From Firmicutes bacterium UBA4975 (GTDB lineage: Bacteria > Bacillota > Proteinivoracia > UBA4975): a DNA stretch of 64,000 nt. The position numbers and the translations under genes were made by a program. Shown in pieces: positions 1 through 9,922 of the stretch (position 1 is its first letter; every line of letters starts with the position of its first letter). The stretch lies in NCBI GenBank assembly GCA_002397155.1, contig DGZR01000079.1, positions 873 through 64,872 of the forward strand, written 5' to 3'. The notes under the pieces were generated by a model. It had not been told where the DNA came from and ran no database searches. It was given only the letters and a program-made list of their open reading frames with translations.

Positions 1-208
1 GATGGGGGTGGGAACCGATATAGCTGCAATAACATATGGGGGTGGATTGCACGAGGAACCTTTGAAAATTATTGCCGGCACAATCTAGCCCACTATGTAC
101 CGCTTGTCACAAACATAGTGTGGAGGTTTTGATTGAAAAGGATGCTAGCCCAGAGGGCATAATTCCGGCCCATTTAATCAAATTCACATTGAAATTGGAG
201 GGGAAAAA

Positions 209-1531
209 ATGCCAGTTTGGATTTCGACATTGATGGTCTTCACAGCCCTGGTCATATCCATATGGATATCGTTTAAGAAGGGAACCAACGGCGGCATCCT
301 GGCTTTTGGCTTTGCAATCCTAATTGCCATTGCAACAAAAACAAATTTCAAAGTATTACTAGCCGGTTTCCCAACAAATGTGGTTATGGCGCTCTTTAGC
401 TTAACCTTTTTCTTTGGTTTTTTAATCGAAAATGGCACAGCCGAATGGCTTGCAAAAAATCTAATGTACGTCACGAAGAAAGTACCCAAATTTATTCCCT
501 ACGTATTCTTTCTCGTTTGTGTCTTGATGGGTGCCTTTGGGGGCCCGAACACTCTTATCTTTTGTATAACGATGGCCATCCCAATCGGCTTAGTCTGTGG
601 TTTGCCCGCATGGGAGATTGGCGTTATTTGTGTACTGGGCGTTAACTGCGGTTCTTACTCGCCGATGAGCACTCACGGGACCATCTCCCGCAATTTTATC
701 GCTTTGGCGAACGACGGTCATTGGGCCGAATCTGCCATGACGATAAACTGGTATATCTTCTTCACTGCGTTAATCGTGTACTTGATTGCAATAACCATTT
801 ACTATATTGGCTTTAAGAATTACAAAATCAAAAATGACGTACTCCAAGCAGTGAGCCAGCCCCCCAAAGCGAGCAGGAATCAATTACTTTGCGCGGCCAC
901 AATGCTCTGGATGATAGCCATGATGGTAATTCCCTTTGTTCTTAACAAAATATTTCCTGATAACACGGTAATCTCGTACATCCTTGGTTACTGTGATATA
1001 ACCCTGCTTGCAACTCTTGGAGCGATTTTCATGGTTCTAATGAAGCTGGGGGACGACAAGGAGATCCTGAAAAAACGCGTGCCCTGGGGGACGATAGTCC
1101 TTATTTTTGGGATGGGTATGCTGATCGGGCTGGCAAGTTCGTTGGGCGTGATGGATTTTCTTACCTCAAAGCTTGAGGCCATGCCCACCTGGTTAATAAC
1201 CCCTGCTTTTGTCTTCTTTGCGGGCTTTATGAGCGTTTTCTCCAGCTCCTTAAGCGTCGTATATCCGACTCTCATCCCAATTGCCAGCGGCATCGCCTTA
1301 GCGAATCCTGCGGTCAATCCCGTCGCCGTGTTTGCCGCAATTGTCATTGGCGCCGCAACCTGTGCCATGTCTCCCATGTCCATGTCGGGGGCAATGGTCA
1401 TGGCCGGAACCACACCCGAACAATGCGACGGCCAAAAGCTATTTAAAAATCTTTTGATCTTCGCTTTTATCACCCTGGCAATACTGGTAGCGCTGGCTTT
1501 CTGTGGGCTATTCGGCCTGTTCTCCATCTAA
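209..1531 (+). CDS. SLC13/MatC-like di-/tricarboxylate (organic anion) permease
   Basis: 440 aa, highly hydrophobic with many TM segments; GGAGGGG RBS; N-terminal 'NGGILA' and C-terminal 'SPMSMSGA' resemble MatC/SLC13 carriers. Confidence 0.75.
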   Translation: MPVWISTLMVFTALVISIWISFKKGTNGGILAFGFAILIAIATKTNFKVLLAGFPTNVVMALFSLTFFFGFLIENGTAEWLAKNLMYVTKKVPKFIPYVFFLVCVLMGAFGGPNTLIFCITMAIPIGLVCGLPAWEIGVICVLGVNCGSYSPMSTHGTISRNFIALANDGHWAESAMTINWYIFFTALIVYLIAITIYYIGFKNYKIKNDVLQAVSQPPKASRNQLLCAATMLWMIAMMVIPFVLNKIFPDNTVISYILGYCDITLLATLGAIFMVLMKLGDDKEILKKRVPWGTIVLIFGMGMLIGLASSLGVMDFLTSKLEAMPTWLITPAFVFFAGFMSVFSSSLSVVYPTLIPIASGIALANPAVNPVAVFAAIVIGAATCAMSPMSMSGAMVMAGTTPEQCDGQKLFKNLLIFAFITLAILVALAFCGLFGLFSI

Positions 1532-1553
1532 AAAAAGACTAGGAGGTAGTAAA

Positions 1554-2552
1554 GTGGGCAAACCTTTTCGAATTGACATCCACCACCACATGTTTCCCGA
1601 TTTTCTACTCAAGGCGTTAAATGAGGTCGGTGTCAGCGAGTCCGGCGGGATTAAGATTGCGAAATGGAGCCTCGAAGACAGCATAAAGATGATGGACCGT
1701 CTCGAGGTCGAGACAGCCATTTTTGCCCTTACCGAACCAGGGATTACTCCCTTTGTTGGTCCTCATCCGGAAAAGGCTAAGGAACTGGCAAGAAAAATCA
1801 ACGAGTACATGGCAGAATTACACGAACGCTACCCCCAACGTTTTGGCGGTTTTGCCATCCTTCCTTTGCCAAATCTTGAAGACGCCATCGAAGAAGCCAT
1901 TTATGCCCTCGATGTACTAAAACTTGACGGTATTGGCCTCCTTTCGAACTACGGTCCCGAATTTCTTGGCGACGACAAGTTTGAGCCCTTATTTGCCGAA
2001 TTAAACAAGCGCAAAGCGGTCGCTTACATCCATCCCAGCACACCGGGCCCTCATTCCTGGCGTCCCCACTATATCCCCATCGACTCTCCCCTGGAATTCA
2101 TGTTTTGCACTACACGGGCCGCGGCAAACCTCATCTTCAGCGGCACCATGGAAAAATTCCAGGACGTCGATTTCATCCTGTCCCACGCTGCGGGCACCCT
2201 GCCATACCTGAAATTCCGGCTCGATGAATTCTGGGTCAAGTATAAACCCGGTCAATCATTTAAAGAAGAAAAGATTACGGAATCTTGGCAATCCCTGACA
2301 ATGCCTCCCAGCGGGTACATGGCGAAGTTCTGGTATGACAACTGTACCGCGACCAGTAAAATTGTTTTTGAAGCGGTCAAGGATATCTGCGGTTACTATC
2401 GGATGATGTATGGTTCCGACTACTGCTTCGCTTCCCCCCTCATCCGGGATAACATGGATGCCGTCCTCAACTCCTATGGTTTCACGGAAGAAGAAAAATA
2501 TCTGATGGATAGGGGCTACGCTGAACAGCTCTTCCCACGCTTTAAGAAATAG
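1554..2552 (+). CDS. amidohydrolase-2 family metal-dependent (de)carboxylase/hydrolase (ACMSD / 6-methylsalicylate decarboxylase-like)
   Basis: IDIHHH, YIHP, SHAAG and GSDY metal/catalytic motifs; GTG start at 1554 after AGGAGG. Confidence 0.8.
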   Translation: MGKPFRIDIHHHMFPDFLLKALNEVGVSESGGIKIAKWSLEDSIKMMDRLEVETAIFALTEPGITPFVGPHPEKAKELARKINEYMAELHERYPQRFGGFAILPLPNLEDAIEEAIYALDVLKLDGIGLLSNYGPEFLGDDKFEPLFAELNKRKAVAYIHPSTPGPHSWRPHYIPIDSPLEFMFCTTRAAANLIFSGTMEKFQDVDFILSHAAGTLPYLKFRLDEFWVKYKPGQSFKEEKITESWQSLTMPPSGYMAKFWYDNCTATSKIVFEAVKDICGYYRMMYGSDYCFASPLIRDNMDAVLNSYGFTEEEKYLMDRGYAEQLFPRFKK

Positions 2553-2565
2553 TCTTTATACGGCG

Positions 2566-2598
2566 CAGGGGAACCCCAGTGGGGTTCCCCTGTAAAAA
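2566..2598. terminator. hairpin between convergent genes, probable terminator
   Basis: CAGGGGAACCCC-agt-GGGGTTCCCCTG perfect 12-bp stem; the following A-run is a U-tract on the minus strand. Confidence 0.75.
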
Positions 2599-2609
2599 GA
2601 AAGGCTATA

Positions 2610-3383
2610 TCAGCCATTTTCATCGGCATTGCCCAGGGCTAATGAGATTGCCCGAGCTGTTTTTTGCACATCGGCCACCAGGTTTTCCCGGTTTTCAAGC
2701 ATCCTTGAAGTCGCTCCGGACACGCTTATGGCCGCCACGCATTTATCGTCATAATCGAAGATGGGGGCGGCATAGCAGGTGAGTCCAATTTCACTTTCTT
2801 CCGCATCTTCTCCATAACCCTGGGCTCTTATCTGAGCCAGCCGGGTCCGCAAGGTCGGAACACTGGTAATCGTGCTGGGCGTGAAAACGCAAAACCTGAT
2901 GGTCTTAATGTAGTCGTTCAGAGCCGCTTCCTCAAGGCAGGCCAGCATGACTTTACCGCTCGCCATACAGTAGGCCTCGCTTTCGTTGGCGAAAGGAATG
3001 TTCATCTGCATTGCATAGCTGCTGCTTTCCCGATGAATGAACATCACCTTTCCCACCCGGGTAAGCACCGCCAGGTTTACCGTTTCGTTATATTTGTCCC
3101 GGAGGGCGGCCATGTGTGGGATGCAAGTACGTAAGAGGTATTGTCGGCCTTTGACTAGCGTGCCAAAGCGGGCAAATTTAAGACTGAGGGTATACTTCGA
3201 ATCCTTGTCTTTTTCGACATAGCCGCATTTTTCTAGGGTGTAGAGCATGCGGAAAACACTGGATTTGCCCAGTCCCAGCTCCTTACTCAGTTCCGTCACA
3301 CCTTGTTCTTGATATTTACTGAGGGTATCCAATACTTTGAGTCCGTTTGCCAGAGAACTCATCATGTACCTGTCCTTTTCCAT
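2610..3383 (-). CDS. IclR family transcriptional regulator
   Basis: N-terminal HTH 'GVTELSKELGLGKSSVFRMLYTLEKCGYV' and C-terminal IclR effector domain 'GYGED..E...G..CYAAPIFD'; start taken at MEKDRY. Confidence 0.92.
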   Translation of the reverse strand: MEKDRYMMSSLANGLKVLDTLSKYQEQGVTELSKELGLGKSSVFRMLYTLEKCGYVEKDKDSKYTLSLKFARFGTLVKGRQYLLRTCIPHMAALRDKYNETVNLAVLTRVGKVMFIHRESSSYAMQMNIPFANESEAYCMASGKVMLACLEEAALNDYIKTIRFCVFTPSTITSVPTLRTRLAQIRAQGYGEDAEESEIGLTCYAAPIFDYDDKCVAAISVSGATSRMLENRENLVADVQKTARAISLALGNADENG

Positions 3384-3522
3384 GTCAAGCCCTTTCCGCG
3401 GCCAGATTGCCACTTTCTTTCTTTATTCTACATTAACAAAGAAGCGGTTTTATTTCAACGGACTGGGTCTATGCCGGTTTTGGACGAGGCTTAAAAATTC
3501 TGTTTATAAAGGAGCAATATCT

Positions 3523-4077
3523 ATGAAAGAAATACGGTTCCATGGGAGGGGTGGGCAGGGTATTGTTCGGGCTGCTCACATCATCGTCCATGCGGTTGTG
3601 GAAAATGGCGGTTATGCACAATTCGTCCCTTTTTTTGGGGTCGAGCGCAAGGGTTCCCCCGTCTATGGTTTTTTGCGGATTAGCGAGGAGGAAATACACC
3701 TAAAAACCCAGGTGTACCGCCCTGAATTGCTGGTAATCCTGGATGAGACCTTGCTGGACGTTCCGGATACCTTTGCCGGATTTTTAAAAGGCGGCACTGT
3801 CCTGGTAAATACAGGGCGAGATCCGGAAGAATTGGTCCTACCGGGCGAGCCCGCTAGAGTGGCGGTTGTCAATTCTACGTTGATCGCGTTGGAGGAGACC
3901 AAGCGGGACATTCCAAACACCGCTATGCTGGGCGCTTTTTGTCGGGTTACCGGCTGGGCGGATTGGCAAATCGTGAAAAAGCTGATTAGCGAAAGTTTTG
4001 GGCCAGAGAATACCGCCGCTGCAGAACGAGCATACAGCCAGGTTAGAATCCAGCACAGGGGGGATATAAATGCGTGA
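3523..4077 (+). CDS. porC: 2-oxoacid:ferredoxin oxidoreductase gamma subunit
   Basis: EIRFHGRGGQG, FGVERKGSPV and NTAMLGA motifs; ATG after AAAGGAG. Confidence 0.92.
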   Translation: MKEIRFHGRGGQGIVRAAHIIVHAVVENGGYAQFVPFFGVERKGSPVYGFLRISEEEIHLKTQVYRPELLVILDETLLDVPDTFAGFLKGGTVLVNTGRDPEELVLPGEPARVAVVNSTLIALEETKRDIPNTAMLGAFCRVTGWADWQIVKKLISESFGPENTAAAERAYSQVRIQHRGDINA

Positions 4078-4342
4078 ACTGAAATTTAAAGCGCCGGTGG
4101 GGAAGGAAGGTCTCTATGTGCTTAACACCTCTACCTGGCGTTCTAAGCGGCCGGTTATGGACAAAGAGAAGTGCGTGGAATGCGGTCTCTGCCTAGTGTA
4201 TTGCCCCGTATTTTCCATAAAGCGCGATGAAAATAAGAGCTACTACATTTGCTACGACTTCTGCAAGGGCTGCGGGCTTTGCGCCAGGGAATGCCCCCAG
4301 GGCGCCATAGCAATGGTTATGGAAGGAGAGGACGTTAAATGA
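4070..4342 (+). CDS. porD: 2-oxoacid:ferredoxin oxidoreductase delta subunit (2x[4Fe-4S])
   Basis: WR..RPV, CVECGLCLVYCP and CKGCGLCARECP motifs. Confidence 0.92.
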   Translation: MRELKFKAPVGKEGLYVLNTSTWRSKRPVMDKEKCVECGLCLVYCPVFSIKRDENKSYYICYDFCKGCGLCARECPQGAIAMVMEGEDVK

Positions 4343-5538
4343 AAGCGCTGGCAATAACCGGCAATATCTCGGCTGCTCTAGGCTGTTCCCTGGCTAGGCC
4401 GGACTTGATAGCGGCTTACCCAATTACACCCCAGTCTTCGGTGGTCGAACACCTTGCCTTATTGATCGCCGAAGGAAAATTAGACTCCCGAATTGTCCAT
4501 GTGGAATCCGAGCATTCGGCAATGAGTGTTCTCTCCGGCGCCTCTTTGGCAGGGGGCAGGACATTTACGGCAACTTCGTCCCAGGGTCTAGCCTTGATGT
4601 ACGAGCCGTACTTCCGGGTGTCAACTCTGCGTTTACCTGTAATCATGCCCATAGCTTGCCGGGAAATGACTTCACCCTCCTCGATTTGGTGCGGTCAGCA
4701 GGACGCCATGAGCGTACGGGAAGCCGGTTGGATCCAGGTTTATGTGGAAAACAATCAAGAAATCCTCGACATGGTCATTCAAGGTTACAAATTGGCGGAG
4801 GATCCCGACATACTTTTGCCCATGAATATCTGTTACGATGGTTTTTATCTCTCCCACCTGGTTGAAAGGGTGGAGCTGCCGGAACAGAGCCAGGTCGACT
4901 CATTTTTGCCTCCCTTTAAGCAGTACGATGCGAAGCTGGATCCCGACGATCCTATGGCGGTGGACCCGCTGACCGAGGGCAGCATCCTCATGCAGTACAG
5001 GATGTCCCACCTAGCCGCGATGAAACGGGCTTTGACCCGGGTGGAAGAAATTGACCGGGAATACGCCCAGGTGTTTGGTCGCTCTTACGGCGGTTTGGTG
5101 GAGGGTTACCGCATGGAAGATGCCGAGATTGCTTTAGTGACTATCGGCTCGATGACCGGCACTGCTCGTGAAGCAATCGACCAGGCGCGGAGCAATGGGG
5201 TGCGCGCGGGGTTGGTAAAAGTGCGGTTTATGCGTCCTTTCCCCGCAGAAGCCCTACGAAATATCTTAGCCGGAGTGAAAGCCTGGGCAGTTGTCGATCG
5301 CAGCGTGTCTTTTGGCTGGAATTGCGGCCCTCTTTTTGTCGAAACAGAAGCGGCAATCTGCGGCAGCGACCTTGCCAGAAACAGTTCATATTTTTCCGCT
5401 ATCGGCGGCTTGGGCGGAACGGATATCACCCTGGACCTTTTACTGGGTTTGCTAAAGAAAGTAACGGGCAACAAGAGACAAAATGGGAAAATGGAAACCG
5501 TTTGGCTGGACGAAAACTTCCTGGGGAGGGTCGAATGA
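4339..5538 (+). CDS. porA: 2-oxoacid:ferredoxin oxidoreductase alpha subunit
   Basis: AAYPITPQ, VESEHSA and TATSSQGLALM motifs. Confidence 0.92.
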   Translation: MKALAITGNISAALGCSLARPDLIAAYPITPQSSVVEHLALLIAEGKLDSRIVHVESEHSAMSVLSGASLAGGRTFTATSSQGLALMYEPYFRVSTLRLPVIMPIACREMTSPSSIWCGQQDAMSVREAGWIQVYVENNQEILDMVIQGYKLAEDPDILLPMNICYDGFYLSHLVERVELPEQSQVDSFLPPFKQYDAKLDPDDPMAVDPLTEGSILMQYRMSHLAAMKRALTRVEEIDREYAQVFGRSYGGLVEGYRMEDAEIALVTIGSMTGTAREAIDQARSNGVRAGLVKVRFMRPFPAEALRNILAGVKAWAVVDRSVSFGWNCGPLFVETEAAICGSDLARNSSYFSAIGGLGGTDITLDLLLGLLKKVTGNKRQNGKMETVWLDENFLGRVE

Positions 5539-6440
5539 TGAACTATCTAGACGTGCTGAGCACGAAACCCGACATGCTTTCGCCGGGCATATCCACCTGT
5601 GGCGGGTGTGCCATGGAAATCGCTCTCCGGCGGGTATTGCAGATTGCCGGACCTAATACAGTGTTTAGCATCCCCCCGGGTTGCGCCGCCGGCGCCGGGA
5701 CGATGGGCTGGAATTTCACAAACGGGGTCAGGATCCCGGTTCACATTTCACTATTACCCAATATGGGTTCAATGATGACGGGAGTAAGTCAAATGTACCA
5801 GCGCCGAGGACGAGAGGAAGTGAACATCATCGCCTTTGCCGGGGATGGTGCTTCAGCCGACTGTGGTTTTCAAGCATTGTCCGGGGCCGCCGAGCGAGGC
5901 GAGCGCATGCTGTACATTTGCTATGATAATGAGGGCTATATGAACACTGGCTTCCAGCGCAGCTCCACCACTACCATGGGTTCTTTGACCAGCACCACTC
6001 CGGCGGGTTCGGTCACCCATGGTAAGGCCCAGGCCCAAAAACAATTGGCATTTATCATGGCCATGCATCGGGTCGAATATGTTGCCACCCTTTCTCCTGC
6101 TTACATGAAAGATTTTGTCGACAAGGTGGAAAAGGGTCTTGCGGCAAGCAAACGGGGTTTCGCCTTTTTACATGTGTACACTCCCTGCCCAACCGGCTGG
6201 CATTTTGCCCAAGACATGGCCATCCAGGTAGCCCGGGCTGGGGTTAAAGCAAATATTACGCCCTTATTCGAAGTTGAAGGCGGTGTGTGGCGTCAGACCG
6301 TTAAGAACAGCCGTCCGATACCCGTGGCAGAATACGCGAAACTCATGAAGAAGTATGAAGGCATTGACGAGGAAACCTTGGCGAGATGGCAAAAATCTGT
6401 GGATGCTGATGCAGATACATTGGCCAGGTTGACCAAGTAG
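5535..6440 (+). CDS. porB: 2-oxoacid:ferredoxin oxidoreductase beta subunit (TPP-binding)
   Basis: CGGC, GDG...DNEGYMNTG.QRS and PCPTGW motifs; ATGA overlap with porA. Confidence 0.92.
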   Translation: MMNYLDVLSTKPDMLSPGISTCGGCAMEIALRRVLQIAGPNTVFSIPPGCAAGAGTMGWNFTNGVRIPVHISLLPNMGSMMTGVSQMYQRRGREEVNIIAFAGDGASADCGFQALSGAAERGERMLYICYDNEGYMNTGFQRSSTTTMGSLTSTTPAGSVTHGKAQAQKQLAFIMAMHRVEYVATLSPAYMKDFVDKVEKGLAASKRGFAFLHVYTPCPTGWHFAQDMAIQVARAGVKANITPLFEVEGGVWRQTVKNSRPIPVAEYAKLMKKYEGIDEETLARWQKSVDADADTLARLTK

Positions 6441-6451
6441 GAGGGATCCGT

Positions 6452-7519
6452 TTGTCCAGGATGCTAATAGTCAACCTAGGTGGAACGTCTTCAAAAGTGG
6501 CGGTATACCATGAGGAAAATTGCATCTGGGCCGCTACCCTGAACCATTCCCTTGCCGATCTGAAGCCCTACGGGCACTACCTTAACCAGTATGAATACCG
6601 CAAAGAGGCGATTCTAAAGGAGTTTTACCGACGGGGTGAGAGGCTGGAAGACATTGATGCGGTAGTCAGCCGGTGCGGGCCGGTCAAGCCGGTAGCGGGT
6701 GGCACTTACCGGATTGGCGAAAAACTTGTCGCGGATACTCTAGCTGGGACCTATGGCGAGCATCCCAGTACTCTGGGCGTAAAATTCGCTTTCGAGTTAT
6801 CGCGGGAACATGGATTAAAGGCGTACACCGTGGATCCCCCTATAAGCAATGAGATGTGTGAGGAGGCAAAGATAACCGGAATGGCAGGAGTTGAACGCAT
6901 GGCCTCCTTCCAAGCCCTGAACCATCGGGCCACCGCCCGGAAATATTGCCTCGATCGAGGGGTGAACTACGAGGACGTAAATATCATCGTCTGCCACCTG
7001 GGGAGCGGAATAACGATCGCTTCCCACTGCCAGGGTAAGGTCATCGATGTCAATAACGGCTTGACCGGGGACGGTCCTTTCTCCCTAGAGCGGGCCGGTA
7101 CCGTACCCAGCGGGGATCTAATAAAACTATGTTTCAGCGGTAAGCATACGGAACAAGAAATGATGCGGCTAGTAAATGGTCTGGGCGGTCTGGTGGCGCT
7201 GCTGGGAATTACCGACGGCCGGGTTTTGGAGGAAAAGATTGCCTCGGGCGACCGGAGAGTCGCCCTGGTTATCCGGGCGATGGCATACAACATTGCCAAA
7301 GAGATCGGCGCTAACGCCACTGTAATGTGTGGGAAGGTAGACGGAATTGTCCTTACAGGGGGGTTAGCCCACTGGTCACGGCTTGTGGATCTCATTAAAG
7401 AGCGGGTCGAATTTATTGCCCCGATAAGTCTCTACCCCGGGGAAAACGAGTTGGATTCTTTGGCGGCCGGCGCGTACCGGGCTCTGGTGTGCGCGGAAAT
7501 CGCCCGGGAATACCAGTAA
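6452..7519 (+). CDS. buk: butyrate / branched-chain carboxylate kinase
   Basis: NLGGTSSK, ALNHRA, HLGSGI, DVNN...GPFSLERAG and YPGENE motifs. Confidence 0.9.
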   Translation: MSRMLIVNLGGTSSKVAVYHEENCIWAATLNHSLADLKPYGHYLNQYEYRKEAILKEFYRRGERLEDIDAVVSRCGPVKPVAGGTYRIGEKLVADTLAGTYGEHPSTLGVKFAFELSREHGLKAYTVDPPISNEMCEEAKITGMAGVERMASFQALNHRATARKYCLDRGVNYEDVNIIVCHLGSGITIASHCQGKVIDVNNGLTGDGPFSLERAGTVPSGDLIKLCFSGKHTEQEMMRLVNGLGGLVALLGITDGRVLEEKIASGDRRVALVIRAMAYNIAKEIGANATVMCGKVDGIVLTGGLAHWSRLVDLIKERVEFIAPISLYPGENELDSLAAGAYRALVCAEIAREYQ

Positions 7520-7532
7520 AGGGAGTGGTAAA

Positions 7533-8459
7533 ATGAGGATTACTGTGATCGGTGCCGGGGCCATGGGCTCTCTTTACGGAGCAAAACTGGCGCAGGCAGG
7601 CAATGAGGTGACGATGGTCGATGTGGTTCCCGCCGTGGTCGAGGCTATCAGCAGTCGGGGCCTTATCCTTGAAGAGGGTCAAGTCCAGCACAACCTATCG
7701 GTCAAAGCCTGTTTTGGCCAAGAGCTAAAAGAGCCCGCTGAGCTCGTCATTTTATTCACCAAGACGATGCATTCACGTGCCGCTTTAGATAGCGTCAAAG
7801 AAGTGCTTGATAAAAAGACTTGCCTATTGTCTGTGCAGAACGGTCTGGGCAATATCGAACTGATCAGCGAATACCTGCCAATCACTCAAGTGATAGTCGG
7901 CACAACCATGTTCGACAGCTTTTTACTGGGGCCCGGCCATGTGCGCACTAGCAGCAGCGGCCTGATGAGCATCATGTCCGCCGACGGGGTAAAAAACGAC
8001 CGGGTAGTATTGATGAACGAGCTGTTTAATACTGCAGGTCTATCCTGCGCTATCGTGGAAAACATTATGGAAGCCATTTGGGAAAAGGTGGCCTTTAACG
8101 CCGCGACCAATACCCTGGCTGCTTTGACCCGTTTGCCCGACGGCCTTACTATTGGCACCGATGAGACAAGGGAGCTGGCTCAAAAAATCGCCAAAGAGGT
8201 GGTCATGGTTGCCAGAGCCAGCGGCGTAAACGCTTCGGAAGAAAAAGTACTCGGCAAACTGGGAATTACGGTAGCGGAACACGGAAACCACTTTCCCTCA
8301 ATGGGCCAGGATATTTTGCGGAAAAGCCAAACAGAAATTGAGTCGATTAACGGCGCAGTCTACAGAATCGCTCAGACTTTGGGCCTGGAGGTTCCATACA
8401 CCGAAACGATGTACCGCCTAGTGAGGACGATAGAGAAGAACTACGCCAAACAAATGTAA
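7533..8459 (+). CDS. ketopantoate reductase (PanE/ApbA) family 2-oxoacid reductase
   Basis: GAGAMG Rossmann motif, QNGLGN, WEKVAFN and SMGQD...TEIESING. Confidence 0.88.
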   Translation: MRITVIGAGAMGSLYGAKLAQAGNEVTMVDVVPAVVEAISSRGLILEEGQVQHNLSVKACFGQELKEPAELVILFTKTMHSRAALDSVKEVLDKKTCLLSVQNGLGNIELISEYLPITQVIVGTTMFDSFLLGPGHVRTSSSGLMSIMSADGVKNDRVVLMNELFNTAGLSCAIVENIMEAIWEKVAFNAATNTLAALTRLPDGLTIGTDETRELAQKIAKEVVMVARASGVNASEEKVLGKLGITVAEHGNHFPSMGQDILRKSQTEIESINGAVYRIAQTLGLEVPYTETMYRLVRTIEKNYAKQM

Positions 8460-8476
8460 AGGCGGGGGAGAAGAGA

Positions 8477-9379
8477 ATGTATACAACCATCCAGGAAGTC
8501 ATTGAGGCTGCTAAAGCACGCTCCGGGGACAAAGTGGTAGCGCTAGCCTCGGCCCACGATAAAGACCTCCTTGTCTGCGCTGCTGAAGCGCGGGAAATAG
8601 GACTTTGCCGGTTCGTGCTCATCGGAGATAAAGGAAAAATCAACTTTTTTCTAAAGGAAATTGGTCAGTGCGAGCAGGATTGGGATATTGTTGATGAGAA
8701 AGACGCGGAAAAAGCAGCTAGCCTAGCAGTCGGGATGGTTCGCCAAGGGCAGGCCCACATGCCAATGAAGGGTATCTTACCCACTGCCGTCTTTATGCGG
8801 GAGATTCTCAATAAGGAAAGGGGCCTGCTCGATCCCGGGTCCTATGTTTCTGCAGTGACAATCGCCGAGTTACCAAGGGAAGGGCGTCTCATGTTGGTAA
8901 GCGATCAGGCCATGTCCATTGCTCCGGATTACAAAGACAAAGTAAAGATTACCCAGAACGCCGTTAAGCTTGCGCACGACCTCGGTTTTGCCTGCCCAAA
9001 AATCGCTTTTTTGGCCCCGGTTGAAAGCGTCAATCCCGCCATTCAGTCCTGTGTCGAAGCGGCAATGCTGGCGAAAGCTGCTGACCGCGGTCAGTTTGGC
9101 GCCTGCATCGGCGAGGGTCCCCTGGCGCTGGATGTGGCGGTTTCTGCCGAAGCGGCTCGAATCAAAGGTCTAAAGCGGCGATATGATGGACCGGCTGATA
9201 TTCTGATTGTCCCGGATCTAAATTCCGGTAACATTTTGGACAAGGCTATGCGCTACCTGGCCCATTTGAAAACCGGCAGTATGCTCTTGGGGCCCAGGGT
9301 ACCGGTAATCGCTACCTCAAGATCTGATACTCCAGAAACTAAGCTAGCTTCAATTGCTTTTGCCCTCGTAAGTGTTTAG
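8477..9379 (+). CDS. ptb: phosphate butyryltransferase / branched-chain phosphotransacylase
   Basis: MKG..PT, GPLALDVAVS, ADILIVPDLNSGN and TSRSD motifs. Confidence 0.9.
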   Translation: MYTTIQEVIEAAKARSGDKVVALASAHDKDLLVCAAEAREIGLCRFVLIGDKGKINFFLKEIGQCEQDWDIVDEKDAEKAASLAVGMVRQGQAHMPMKGILPTAVFMREILNKERGLLDPGSYVSAVTIAELPREGRLMLVSDQAMSIAPDYKDKVKITQNAVKLAHDLGFACPKIAFLAPVESVNPAIQSCVEAAMLAKAADRGQFGACIGEGPLALDVAVSAEAARIKGLKRRYDGPADILIVPDLNSGNILDKAMRYLAHLKTGSMLLGPRVPVIATSRSDTPETKLASIAFALVSV

Positions 9380-9490
9380 GCTGTAGCTGGGCACGGATCT
9401 GATCGATTAGTAAACTCTGGCACAATCGGCCCATAGCCTTTTTCCAATTGGGCATTGAAAAAGCCCTTGGCCAGAACAATTTTCTATGCT

Positions 9491-9517
9491 AAAGGACGCT
9501 GGGACAGCGTTCTTTTT
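9491..9517 (+). terminator. probable intrinsic terminator of the por-buk-ptb operon
   Basis: AAAGGACGCT-gggac-AGCGTTCTTTTT stem plus U-tract. Confidence 0.55.
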
Positions 9518-9761
9518 CATTTACGGCGGTTCATTAAAGGAGCCGGGAAGTCTCCTCGCGAATTACACAGGGTATGGTACAAATTTTAGTGTAACGGCGT
9601 GCGAGCTATACTCAAGGTGGCCTAGGGTAAATGCTTTCCACCCTCCCTACCCGCGTGTCAGCCCTCAAGCCGGGATTAAACCTTCCGTAAATTGTTCGAG
9701 TTCAGATAGAAGGGTGACCAGAAAAAAAGACGATGATTATAAAGAGCCTCGAGTTCACTTT

Positions 9762-9777
9762 TGGCACTATAAATGCA
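9762..9777 (+). promoter_or_regulatory. sigma54 (-24/-12) promoter-like site, distal
   Basis: TGGCAC-TATAA-ATGCA with exact GG-N10-GC spacing. Confidence 0.5.
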
Positions 9778-9922
9778 GGGGTTCTTTTTCTTGCACTTTA
9801 AACAACCCGATGAAGGGATGTGAAGTAAAGATAGTGGACATCCGTTAAAATATTTGACGCTGCAGTATGCTGTCAGTCCGTAAAAAGCCCGGTAAACCGT
9901 TACTCTTAGTCTTTAGCATTCG

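Noticed and set aside
2..88. Open frame at the window start (…MGVGTDIAAITYGGGLHEEPLKIIAGTI*)
   Set aside because: May be the tail of an upstream gene, but it is too short to identify and another frame is equally open.
9486..9848. 120-aa ORF in the ptb-transporter intergenic region
   Set aside because: No RBS, no recognisable motifs, and it overlaps a terminator and a sigma54 box; probably spurious.
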